A stretch of 59,245 nt of DNA, the filler included, from Catajapyx aquilonaris (Eukaryota), in NCBI GenBank assembly GCA_000934665.2. It is 2 parts of 2 records of this genome, joined end to end, with 100 filler letters (N's around TTAATTAATTAA, not from the genome) between each part and the next. Parts side by side here need not be neighbours in the genome. Positions count along the whole stretch, not along the records: positions 1 to 29,521 come from JYFJ02004778.1; 1 more part is not named here. One strand, written 5' to 3'. Below the pieces are notes generated by a model. That model saw nothing but the letters and a program-made list of their open reading frames with translations, ran no database searches and was not told where the DNA came from. The translations under genes and the position numbers were made by a program. This document shows positions 11,740-24,800 of the stretch, piece after piece (position 1 is the first letter of the stretch; each line of letters starts with the position of its first letter).

Positions 11740-12045
11740 TTTCATAATGATACTGCTTTTGTGGCGTTGCTCATGGAAGGGCCTGGCAAGGATGCCTGGA
11801 TGGAGTTGGCTGGAGGAGAAATGTGTCGCTCCTTCCCCATGCCCTCATCGATAAAATCAAAGAATTTCCATGTGATTGCTCCTTCCCCACTCCTGTTAGA
11901 TATGTTTTTTTGTTGTTTTTTTTGTACACCAGCATGAGGTTGCGCCACTTTTTATCACACTCAGCTCCAGTCAATCCATTCACATTTTGATAGGACACAT
12001 TTTTTTAGCAATGCCAGTCCAAAGTTTCCCTTTTGCTCTCAAGTC
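11740..12045 (-). pseudogene. Decayed Myb/SANT-like (trihelix) gene, Harbinger accessory-protein type
   Basis: Frameshifted pieces KLWTGIAKKM / GLTGAECDKKWRNLMLVYKK / SNRSGEGAITWKFFDFIDEGMG match the trihelix Myb-like motif series. Confidence 0.75.
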
Positions 12046-12515
12046 CGTAATGCAAGCACATGACCCGATGTAATTAGCCACATCTGGAGACTAATTAAGT
12101 AATAGTCATTGGGGTCATGCCCCCGCCCCTCCCCCTTCCGGGTCACTCATCCTTTTCCTGTACATCTGTCGTAGGTGGTGAGCAAACTTCACACACGTGA
12201 AATTAGGTTTATGGCTACTCAACTCTTCCCGCCGAGACCATATACCAAAGGATCGAGTAAAATCCCAGGGACCAGCAAAGACATTCAGCCATTCCAGCAA
12301 GGCCAGCAATATTTTGCTGGTACCAGCATGCTGGTGTTTGCTGGTCTCTGCTGGTTTCAAAACCAGGGAAGCTGGGTAACCCTTCCTACCAACCAACCAA
12401 CCAACAACGGAGGAACAGGTGGGGGGTGGGGAGCTTGGTGGGGAGTACACATATGATTGGGGGATGGGCATCATCACTGGCTATAATTCGGAAGCTATTT
12501 AAAATGCGGTGTCCA

Positions 12516-12603
12516 CCGCAGGCTTAGAAAAACGTGAGCGAAACGAGCGGTTTTCCACGCCTGAGCCATAGAAAAATTCGAGCGTAGCGAGGGTTTTTCT
12601 AGT
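12516..12603 (+). mobile_element. Probable Helitron 3' terminus
   Basis: Two GAGCG-x-A-x-CGAG motifs end in CTAG followed by T. The 5' end was not identified. Confidence 0.45.
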
Positions 12604-13737
12604 ACCTTCGATGCCTACAATAATGCTTCCTACTTATGCAACAACTGGCTTCATTGTTACCAAAAATGACCTAAACTAAACTTACCTAACATGTAAAATA
12701 TAAATGGGGGAAAACAAAAAAGGATAGGCTAATCAGGATAAAACGTGATCCCGACATGTAAAGTCAGGCTGTGAGTCGTATAGGAAAAAAAGCAAGTATA
12801 TCCTCGAAACATGTCTTTCATGGCTATCATCGTGTCCTCGTCCTCCATCATTCTTGTTTCTCATCGACACTACTGCCTTAGCTGCCACATTTTTGTATCC
12901 AGGCAGGCTGGGGAAGCGTGGAAGGCGGAGGGTTCTATTTGTCAAGGGCCATGGTGCATCAATAGGCGGAGGAATAGGATGCTCCTCGACAGACTCTGAC
13001 GGCCTGAAAAGGCATTGTGTTACTACACCCCTCTCTTGGAATCTGGTTCCATGTTACTTCTAGATCATCCTACCTTTCTGTTTGTACAGTTCCTCTTACT
13101 GCTTCCTGTACGCCCATTTTTCTGACATGGCCATACTCTGAGGAATACTGACAAAAGGCACAATATTATTGGCCGCCAAACCTCTGATACACTTGTAATA
13201 ATATTGTGCAAAAGCTTAATAGGTGCATTGAAATAATTATAGTATAACATTAGAGATAATACCAATAGCACGCTGCACGTAACCTGATCCCACCCAACAG
13301 ACCAAAGTGCAACAAGGCTTATAAAATGTGATGAACTTACGTTAGAATCGGCTTGTTCTGCATCTTCAAGTCTGGATTATAAGTCTTATCCTCCGCCTCA
13401 TCCCACCACTCCTTATTGTCCTTCACGTTAAGATTGGGATGCCCCATGTCCAAAGTGTGTGTAGTTTGTGCAGCTGAGTTATATAAAAGAAAAGTAACAG
13501 GATGAAGGAAAGAATCAGACGGGCCATTTTGTGTTGAGCAGGGTTGACACCATTGCAGAAGTCATTCTATCATCACCCTATGTTGGCGACTCTGTACCTG
13601 GCAACCACACTGCTGCAGTGGACATAAGGTAGGGTTCCCCTCTAAACAGGACACTCACCAAGGGAGACCTTATCATTGGGCTTGAGCATGTTACCTCATG
13701 GCCACGCTCATGGCTCTTCAATAACCCCGAGGCAGGA

Positions 13738-13826
13738 ACCCAAACTCCGGGATGGAAGTGTGTTGTTGGAACTCGACCCACCACGGGTCGAGTTCCAACA
13801 ACACACTTCCATCCCGGAGTTTGGGT
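13738..13826. repeat. Perfect hairpin, 42-bp arms with 5-nt loop
   Basis: 13738-13779 is the exact reverse complement of 13785-13826. Confidence 0.95.
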
Positions 13827-16113
13827 GCATCCTTCTGCATTTCACGAGATGAGTGCCACACTTGCTGCCCAATATCTTGTGACCCCTGTTGTATGGTCAG
13901 ATCTTGATCACTTGCCCTTCGGCCAGAGGGTATGGCACAGAGGCTCCCTGGTCCGAAGACATCGTGGACTTGAGCTGCAGAGTAATAATTACTCTGTTCA
14001 ATTATTGAACATTGATTTCTCTGGAATGTGTTTTTATTCTTTTTAATTAATCAAGTCATGTGCCAGCCAATGAGCTTCTCCCTCTGAGCAAGGCCACCCC
14101 GCCGTTCGTTGCCAGAATGTGCACGCCACACAAACTCCGATCACAAGGTCGCTCTGAGGCCAAAGTGAAGAACAGCCCATTTCGGATGAGTAAAGACATC
14201 ATGAATGACCCTTTCTTACCTAAATGCTTCGGACATAATATAATGTGGTTTGCCCCATTAGATTCTCCATTTATCTTAAACTGTGCATTGCAATAATATA
14301 TTGATTCTAATTTTTGGGTCAGTAAATTCAGGACTCTCTGTGTCATTTGGTTGGATGATCTCGCGAACCATGCATGACCCAGGCCTCAAACTTAACATAC
14401 CGGTACTGAACTTTATGTCGATCACAACTAGTGTCACCAAATATGACTGATGTAACGTAAATACATCACTAATTGTTGAGGTCACAATATTCTTGGGCAT
14501 AATTATGACTGAGCTAGTGACCAAATGAAATGCTATAAAAATATTTTTTTTACATTTTAGAAGGAAACTAATTCCATAGGCGCATTTTTCTTGGTGTTTC
14601 TCCTTCTTTTGATATATATGTTCATTGGGTCTTGACCAGCAATTCCACTAACCGAAAAAAATAATCTCCAAAAAAGGCCTCATTTTCAGCCATTTCAAGA
14701 TATTTGGGATTTTTTCCCCCTTATCATGATATTTCGAAATATGGCAGACACTTTATAAGCAGCATTAAGGAATAGGTGAGTACATCTGTGATTATTTTCA
14801 CCAAAATCCATGATGGTCTATCAACATATAGGCCCACTTGATTAGGAAAGACCCCTAGTAAACCATTCAATGTTCTAAAACAATAGTATATCTGAAAAAT
14901 TGTGCCTGACATCACAATATTATTCTATAATTACAGATTTGGAACCAGTGGCGGAGACACTTATCACGGTATCGTAGAAGTGACAGCTAGGGTGCTGGTG
15001 TTGCCTTGGGTTTGGGTGTTGCCAATTTCAATTTGCGGAATTCAATTTATTTCTTGCACTGTTGGTATTCCGAGTTGGGTAACTTAAATAAGAGACATTA
15101 ACTTGCGCGCGGCAAATTCAAGTCTTGCTTTTCGTAAATTCCTGTGGTTTTTAGGCATGCCGGTTTTTATGAAATATTTTAATTATGTGGACCTTGGCGG
15201 CGGTCAATGTTCAACCCTGGTTCCCAAATCGCTCGGGAGATGGCGGGACTGTGGTGCTGTAGCCATCGACTCGAATGCGCCCCACTCAAGCTTGCCAGTT
15301 GCCGCTTCCGCTTGGTCCGTTCCTCCGTTGCTGGTTGGTTCCTCGGCACCACGGCTCGGCACCCTCGCGCATGGACTGCATGCCTCGTGGTCCAGGAGAG
15401 TTTGGCGTCTCTCTGCTTTCGGTCTTCTTCTTTAGCCCCTACGTCCTGGTCTCTTCTCTGCCTGCTCGCGGCTCGCTCCTCTCCGATGCTACTGGGGGAC
15501 ACACAGAGGCAGAGGCGGGAAGAAAAAGGGCTTGGAGAAGCACACAGAGGCAGCCCGGGTCAGAGAAGCACACACAGTTGGACTGGAGGAGTGAGTTGGT
15601 CAAACAAAAGGTATGGTTAAGTGTACACTCTTGGCCACTGAGCACAGTTCACAAGTCACACTTCTCTTGGTATCAAAACATTGCCACACGCATGCCACAT
15701 GTAGACACACACTAGTTTGGCAGGCCAATCACAGTTCACAGCCACAGTGGTGATGTGATAATTGTGCAGAAGCTTAGTTTGTGCATTACCCAGTTTTCAA
15801 TTTTAGGGGCATGTTCAGGCAAAGTCCAGAACATGCACCAGAAGCGAAATTTGCACATTGGGGTACACATACAATTGCGCTAGAAGGACAGGCTTGCCGC
15901 AGCTGCTGGTAGGGGAGACTTTTTCATGATGAAGTCAAGGCTATTTCAAGAAATGCAGACCTAATAAGATAGCATTTTGTGACTCCTGGTAAAATAGATT
16001 ATAATACTGGCAAAATGGATAATAATGTCATGTACTCTTCTCTATAGTTAACTAACGACACCAGCACTCATCTCCAGCACTGCTGTTTGGTGAGCACAAC
16101 AGTATAGGCAAAG

Positions 16114-16723
16114 ATGGACTGGATGGCCTTGGGGACCTTCCCCTGCCCCTACTGCGACCAAGTGTTTGACAGGAGATGCACACTTGTGGGACACAGTATG
16201 ACCCACTCCAAGTGGGACAGGGTTAAGCGGGAGGTGGAAGATAAGGAGGAAGAGGAGAATCAAGTACCGGTAGTGGTCACTTTTCGATTGGAGGACGGGG
16301 AAGGTGGTGCAAGTGGAGGAGATGAAAATGCTCAGGTGAGAAAACAACAGGGTGTCCAAAAAGTTGCTGGGCAGGAAAATACCATGCATTATGTTGCAGT
16401 TCTTCCTTCAGGAGATGCCAGAAAATGTCCCGTGGGCCTAAAAGCATTGAGAGACATGGCTTCAGGTTCATTGGGGAAGTTTCCAACACCTGCGGTAGGA
16501 AGAACTGCAAAGTGCACACAGGAAGTATAATGTAGTTCATTAAGACTTGTGGATACACTGAGTAGAGTACATGTGTGCCTCAACCTTCAGACGCAAAACT
16601 TGAGACTAGCAAGCTAGGACAAGTGCAGGAAAATCATCCCCTCATACACTGTACAGTGCCTTCCTTGCATTGGAAATGACACCCAGTAATGAAAAGCAGG
16701 ATATGTTCTTCATCACATCAGCA

Positions 16724-16771
<48 letters not shown>

Positions 16772-18845
16772 GTTATTATTATTATTGTTATTAACATGTA
16801 CTTAGATGCATGTGTAAGGGAAGCAATTCTGATTGAAGGTGTAGGAGTACATTTTGGTGACGAGAGAGTTAGTCACTTGCTGTATGCAGATGATTCTGCC
16901 CTTCTGGCGGAGAGTGAGGCTGATTTACAGTTGATCCTATGCAAGTTAGATAATGTTTGTGAAAAGAGGGGCATGAGGATTAACTTAGATAAGACTAAGG
17001 TATTGGTATTTGAAAGAGGACAGCAGGTTTCTCCTTGTATGTTGCTGGTACGAGGAAAACTGGTTGAACAGGTCAACCGCAGTTTGTATACCTCGGTAGT
17101 GTCCTTGAGAGTAATGGTAGAATGGATGGGGAGATAGACAGGAGAGTTAGTTCTGGGTTGAAAGTGATAGGTGCCACAAGTAAGTTTTCTAGAAATAAGG
17201 ACTTATCTTCTGCCTGTAGGTTGTCTGTCTATTCTCACATTATTGTTCCTTCACTTATATTCACTTATCCTCCTGACGCCCAGCGTACAGCCCTCTAGCC
17301 ATTGGGGTTTAAAATTTTTGAAATTTTTTTTTTTAGAAAAAATAATAAAAAAAAAAAAATCAAAAAAAATCAGGGCTTCAGGAGGTTATAAATAAATAAA
17401 TAAATAATTCATACCCCGTTATCAGCCATTGGCTCTTTAGGGGGGAAGTTTGTTTTGCCTGGAACTCTTTGCTTTCATTTTACTGTGCTCTTGGGATAGG
17501 ATAGGGACAGAAGGAAGCGGCTGTGGCCTATTAATTACAGAAGCAACTCCGGAATTTCCCTGGAAGGACCGTGGGAAACCGCAGAAAACCACGATCAGAG
17601 TTGCAGGCCCCGGGATTTGATCCCAGGACCTCCCGATTAGCAGCCGGACACCGTATCCCCTTCTCCAAACTGCTTTGGTTCCTTCACTTATGTATGGTAG
17701 TGAAGCGTGGGTTTGGTCAGATAGGCATACGAGTAGGGTGTAGGCTAGATGCGTTATCTCCAGGCTGTTTGTGGGGTTACTAAGTTGGATAGTGTTATAA
17801 TGTTGCACCACATTGTATGTCGCAATGTTGCATCATCTTAATGTTGTACTATCTTAGGCAATATGCAGAGCTCAAGGTATTTCCCCGTTTATCCCTATCC
17901 ACTACTTACGCACTAGACTGCTTCCCACTTTCTTGCATCTAATTGTGCAATACCTAACAGCCAGACTAGCACTGCTACACAGCCAGCCAGCAGTCACTCC
18001 CTTCTCCTTGTCCTGAGCAGATGTCCAGTACATTTGTTCTGTATATATGTGAACCACACCCTAATATATATTCGGTTGATAACTACAAGACTCCAGTTAT
18101 TTATCCAATAACAGCACAGAGTTATTTCAGATAGGATTAGGAATGAGGAGATTTTGCAGAGGTGTAATGTCAAGGAGACTGTTAAAGAGATAAGGTGTGT
18201 AGGTCTACTCTTAGGTGGTTTGGACATGTGGAGAGGATGAAGAGGAGGAGATTGTGAAGAAGGTTTATTTGGGTGGAGTTGTTGGCAAGTGTAGGCCTAG
18301 GAAGACATGGTTGGACCAGGTGGGTCAGTGTCTTAAGGGTGTTGCTAGTGTTAAGCCGAGATGGTCATGTGTCAATAGGACCATGGACCTGGCTGAGGCT
18401 AAGGTTGTTTGTTTGGATAGGTGTAAATGGCATAGGTTAATTAATGGGTAAATAGGTAAATAGGTCTGAGGATAAGGCTTCCTTCACTCCGGCAAGTAGA
18501 GGGGACGTCCCTGGCAGGGTCGATAAGGTGCAAGGGTGGTGCCATACACGTTGGTGTGGCCAAGGCGTCCGGATTAGTGGCTGGTAGCGAGGGGGGGGGG
18601 GGAGACTTGATTTGGCGAAGTAACGTGTTGCATAGTGTAATATTTAAATTTAATATTGAGTGTGTGTCGTCTGAGATGGGCCGGGGTGGGGGGTGGGATG
18701 GGTTGTTTGTAGGTTTATTTTCACAAGTTTTAATTTAGTTCATATGTTGGGTTAGCTTGCATCTCCCTTCATCGCTGACTACCCCTCATAGGGAAATGTC
18801 GTGATGATGGTGATGGTGGTGATGATGACGATGATGATGATGATG

Positions 18846-18887
<42 letters not shown>

Positions 18888-21800
18888 GATGTTGGATGTG
18901 ACAAAAGCAGTCCCTTTGGAATAAGCTGCAAGGGGAAATCATTTGAAATTCCCCATAGTGCAATGAAAACTATAAGATCAATATGTGAAGAGTCATTCCT
19001 TTCTTTCAGTCTTATTCTTCTAGCTTATTCCAGACTAGCTCATCTTGATTTGAGAAGCCAAGTTTTTAACTTGACTATTTCGGTTTAATCAGAATTATGT
19101 TTCAAAGAAAGTTCTGCTTTCTCTGCTTTGTGCATTCATGCATAGGCTACTTGTAATTGCAGGATGGCACAATTATGGCATATCTTTGTACTTATGGGAC
19201 TGTTCCACTTTCACTAAGGGTGAAGTGGTTGGGGATTATCATAATGCAGCAGAATATTCCATGTCTTTCACAGAGAGGAAGTCAACTTAGTGTTAAAATT
19301 TTGCCTCCTCATGCAATAATGATAATACGAGGGCCGTACTAGAACGATTTACAATTATTTTTTTGCCACAAATACAGTGCCCATGCAGGTCGGCAAATAG
19401 TCACATATTATAGATAGAATACTGTACTCCTAGAGCCGAATGTACAAGAGTCATGGGTGTGAAACCTCTCCGTGCCCTCCAGGAACAATTTTTTGGAGGT
19501 TCGGCGTACCCTCTCCCAGACAACTGCTTACACTCAACCTCGAAATTGCATCAGTGAATAAGTTTTTTTCATGAATCTGAACAGATGAAAGTCACTGGGG
19601 GCCAAGCCCGGTGAGTGCAGCAGATATGGAAGCACCTAAACCTTGATCCATGAAAATAAAACCTTCGCCGACGCAATTTCGAGGACACTGTTGACAGTTG
19701 TTTATGTTGTTGATTGTGCACAGTTGGCACCTCCAAAAAGTGGTTCCTGGAGGGCCTGGAGAGGTTGACACACTGTGGTGATAATGCATTTGGCTCCAGG
19801 AGGATTCTATCTAGAATGTGTGACTATCTGCCGACCTGTACGGGCACCATATTTGTGGCAAAAAATAATAATTGTAAATCATTTTAGTACAGCCCTCGCA
19901 TCTTCAAACTAAAAATGGCCATAATGGAATAACAGGATTATTGGAAGTGAATCTGTGTTTTTCTTTGCTTTATCAGGCAAAGACCATCTCTGTCAAGCTG
20001 GCCGATCTGCTCTTCTGTAATGATTGCAAGAAACCATTTCCAACAAAGGTGGACCTGGAACACCATCAAATTAAGGAACACTGCACTCCACAGAGAAAGG
20101 TACAGCATAATTGCATGTTAATGGTTCTACCAAGTAAGATGTAGGCCTACATAAAATCTGTAGGATACTTTGAAAACCAATTTTTGGTGCACAAGGTGCA
20201 TAAAAGTTGAATGAGAAAGGGGTTTTAAAAAATTACGTATGAGGTAGCTCATTATCAATTGAGCCGTTGGTGTTCAGGTGTCATGAGGTGGGATTGATTG
20301 ACTATATCCAATTGCTACTGGTGTCTGTAATGTGCAGGAAAGTTCATTTAAAATAAATTTATAACAGTGGTACTATACATGAGGCAGAATTTTCAGAACT
20401 CCTTAGCATTAATTTAAATCGACTTATGAAACTTGTGAATGTGCAGTATACTGGTTGCAGAGTGTGAATCCCTGCAATATGTATATATTTAGGCATTCCA
20501 CACTTCATGGTGTGTTGTTAATAGAGCACTTTCAATTATATTCATTTTCACTCTTCTCTGTACTTGCAATGGGCTTGTGTCACATGCACATTGACTGGAA
20601 ATTATTTCATATAGCCTAATAATTTTACTTGTACCATCGGGTGCAATTAGTTCCGGCCACTTTATCCTGGTCTTGAAGCAACCCTTCGCACATGCCCCAC
20701 GGTGTGTGGGTGTGTGTATGTGAAGGGTTTCTTCAAGACCAGGATAAAGTGGCCGAAACTAATTGAACCCGACAGTACATAATTATTTTATTTTTTTGGC
20801 CTAGTGCTATTGAACACTGAGAGTGTAAATAGATAGATAGATAGATAGATAGATTCTTTATTTCTATCGTACAGAGTACATAGAAAGACACCACCCTCCT
20901 TTATCATTACCATTTTTACACACTACAATACAGTGTTACACAACTGCAGCTTTTGAACTGCCATTTAAAAAAACTTGTATAAAGAAAACATCATTTGTGG
21001 GGGGATATCCAAAAACAATAAGTGGATTTTGTCGATCGGTACTCTCCTAAACTCTCGTATATGTATCCTTGCCTCTGTATAAAAACTACAGTTAAACATC
21101 ATATGGAACAATGTGAACTCGTCCTTACCATTGCAAAGTGTACAGCACTCATCTTATTGGAATTTAAAGGCATAATTGCACACATAAATTGTCCTCGACT
21201 TGTTTCTTGTGTTTATAAGTAATCTCACCAAATGCAGCGACATCCTACATTGCAGATAATTTTCTTGCATGCAACCGTTTGTTATGTCCTTGTAATGCGT
21301 GTATGCCCTAGTTTTATTTAAGGCTTGTCGGTCCATCTCAATTGTGTTATCAATATACACACGCAGTATGCCATTCAAGTCCATGGCTTCACTGTTTGAC
21401 TGCCAGTAAGTCCATGATATCCCAGCCTTCTGGAGAAACTGAGAGTGTAAATAGGCACTAACAAGTGAAAAAACCTGTGATTCACTTTATAGCTGTGCAA
21501 CCAGTCCCAGACTCATGTAAGTGGTTTGTTCGAAAACATTATACATAAGTCCAGTTGTATTCAGGGTGAAGGAATTCTCGCGCGTAATTGCCAGGTAGAC
21601 TGATAGTACCGTATTACCTCTCATAAAGCGGCATGCCGGTGTAGTCGAGGTCAACCAGTTTTTAGAAATGCATGATCTGGTGGCTCTACTAGCATGCCGG
21701 TATAAGGTGAGGTATGCCAGTATAAGGCGAGGTTTCCACATAAGTTACTTTATCCTTTCCGAACTTGACATTTGCCTGAAAATCGAAATTCACGTCAAAA

Positions 21801-24800
21801 TTCACTATCGAAAATAAGGCATATTTCCCAAATATGGTACCCGTTCCATATATTGTTTTCAATTGCAGTGCCTGGCAATAATCTCTGTTGGAGCAGGGGG
21901 TTCCTCTGTCAAAGCAGGCTGACAATGGGATTGGTCACACACTCTACATTTTTTATATGCACTGTGCAACAGAACTTGCATATTCTCACATCCTATACAC
22001 TCGCCCATTTTTATTGTAACATTATTTTAGTACAGTACCAGAAGCATTCAATTTTTTTTGGCAAGGATCAAAATCTACCTCAGGTATTGCGGATGCCGGC
22101 CACCCCTGGGTTATACTGGCATGCCACTTTATGAGAGGTAATACAGTACTCGTAAAACTAATACAGGGATGTGCAATAATTAGTTTTGGGCGCCATTGCA
22201 TAGTCAATGCATTAAATTTTCATGACGTCACATCCGCTCCACCAGTTTCAAAGAAGCAAAAGTCAGCTTGAGTGCTGCCGAATAATCTGGCCTTGGGTCT
22301 GTAATGTATCGACCATGTTCAATGGTTGATGAAATCCCATCAGAGTAAGAATCTGGGTGCGACACCCATGCACTTTTCGTTTTTTACCTCATATGTCACC
22401 ATCCAGCACTCTACACTTTAACGGTGCCATACGCATTAACTACGCAACGGCGCCCAAAACTACTTGCACATCCCTATATTAGTTTTATGAGTACCGTACT
22501 GTGAGTCTACCTGGCGATTGTCTGCGTAAATTCCTCCACCCTGTATACCAGAAAAGGTATGATTTTGACCTTTTTGGCAGGTGTTTGATAAGTGACAGGT
22601 GGGTAAATCATCCCCGCTCCAGTATGCAGTGGTTCGTCGTGTTGGAAAGGAAGCTGAGTAATCAAAAACAGCATATTTGCCCTTAAAGGGAGCAAAAAAT
22701 GGTCTGTTACAGCCAGTGTTCGAAACTGAGATGCATGAGCAGGTCACCAATGGCACCTGAAACATATAGGTTAAGGTCGCGAAAACCGGATGTCTAGTCG
22801 CCATTATTTTTTGGTATTACTGTTCCATAGCACAAACTGAATTGTATAGGCCTATATAGGTTTGTAGACTGTAGCGTCAAGATTACTTATGTTTCACAAT
22901 TGAAGACATCAGTTGCGTGAGGGCCCAACTCCCAACTTTTCGAAAAACTGTTCTATTGTGGATGCCTACTCTTGGAGTTGGGCCTCACAGCCCTGGTGAA
23001 GATGAAGCGCCAACGTCAACCAGAAGTGCCTTAACATTGAATGTGATGCTTTTCAGTCCATTGCCTACTACAGGAGTTGGGCCCTTTGGCAACTGACTGT
23101 ACCGGTACCTACAGGGTAGATGGAAAGTTTCTCCCCTCTTATGAATGAACACTGACAATAAATGAAACAAAATACATTCAATTTTACATCGTCAAATTGA
23201 TCTAGATAGGTTTGTGGACATTTCTGCACAGTTTCAGTATTTTGTGTGCCACCCATTATTTTCAAGATACATCTGAACATGCAGAAAAATACTGCTCGCG
23301 AGCATGGCAGTTTCCTCTTGGGTAATCCCCCCATTCCTCTTGCACATTTTCGATGAGCTGCTCCCTGTTTCTTGGCCTGAGCTCTTTGAATGCACTGTTT
23401 TGCAGCCTTGCCCACAGATGCTGGATATTGTTGCACACAAAACGGTGGCACACTTTAGACACAGAACTAGATGACTGTCATCTGACACACAAAAACGTGT
23501 CGGGAAATTTCGTAAACGCGTTTTGTGTCAAATGACACAAAACTGTGTGCCGTTTCCCATGACATGCATATCATAATTCTGTTCTCTGCAAAGGGATACC
23601 AGAACGTGTCAAGTGACACTTTTGGAAAGATGGAAGGATGTCACATACGTGTGTTACATGGCACACATTTAGGACTTTCTGTCCCAGAATATGTGCCATC
23701 CAACTCGTATTTGCGGTTCTTATTTGAGATGACACGTTTTTGTTGTGTCCAAAAGTTTTCTGTGTAGTGGTATAGGCTCGCAGAGACTGCATTTTTCCTA
23801 CACCAATGTTTAGTGCAGCTTATTGACAACACCACTTCTGATTTGTGGGCTTAAGAAGAAAGGAACTGGGGGGAAATGGTGGGTGGGAATGTGGAGCAGA
23901 AGGGACTAGTAGTACTTCTCTGTATCATTTAGAACTCCATCACTGATCACAACAACACAATGAGTGAACTAACAGTAAGGGGAGAAGGGGAGAAACTTTC
24001 CGTCCACCCTGTAGATTCGATTGTGATTGATGCTAATAATTATTCTTAATATAGGTTGTCACACCTTTCTTTGTAGTAGCCTACTATACTTTACAAATAT
24101 GTTGCGTTCAGATATGGACAGGCATGATTATACCACTGATTTGCAACAAGAGCCATTGCTTCAAGCGTTCAGTTGGCAAAGGGCCCAACTCCACTGATTT
24201 TAATAGACACTGACCTATTGCTTTCTAATATATGAGATCTATGGCACTAGGTGTGTAGCATAATAAACCAAGAAACACTACATGGAGCAATATACATATG
24301 CAGTTTTTCTTTTTGCCTCTACTGAAAAATACCTCGTGGGTCCTTTGGCAAATAACTTCTTCAGTTGAGAAGAACATTTTACCAATCAATCTTTTTTATA
24401 AACACGTGAACTGCAGTAATACGTGCTTTTCTAAATTTCCTGATATCCAGACGCAGGCTTTCTGCAGTGCAATGCACAAACTGTTTTGCCGATTTATGAT
24501 CCATGTACGATATGTCTGATGTCTGAAGAGCATCAGCAGGAAATAAATCTAAAATGCTGTATGTGGCAGGAATGCAACATTGAGAGGGAAAGCTAGTCGC
24601 CAAAAGTCTCCAAAAGTGGACGCCAATGGATAACTTCAAGTCGCAAAATGCGACTGGCGACCGGTTAATTTCGAACCCTGGTTACAGCCAATGTGAGGTG
24701 AAATGAGTCGCTTATAAATAACAGGATTAAAAAATACACAGGGCCTAGCAAACTAACTGGAAGACAGTTATTGAAGTTCAGTGAAAACCAAATTACTTTG

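Larger units (their letters stand above)
16793..18845 (+). mobile_element. 5'-truncated RTE-clade LINE, intronic, with three nested insertions
   Basis: RT motifs LLYADD, IN-x-x-KTK, FVYLGS, LMYGSEAW, DRIRNEEI, LRWFGHVERM and RPRKTW appear in order. It has a (GAT)n tail and is bordered on both sides by (ATT)n. Confidence 0.9.

Noticed and set aside
15179..15715. Overlapping ORFs in a CpG-rich stretch upstream of the zinc-finger gene
   Set aside because: No recognisable domain, and splicing the donor at 15611 to the acceptor at 16047 gives an immediate stop. It may be a promoter or non-coding exon, but this is unsupported.
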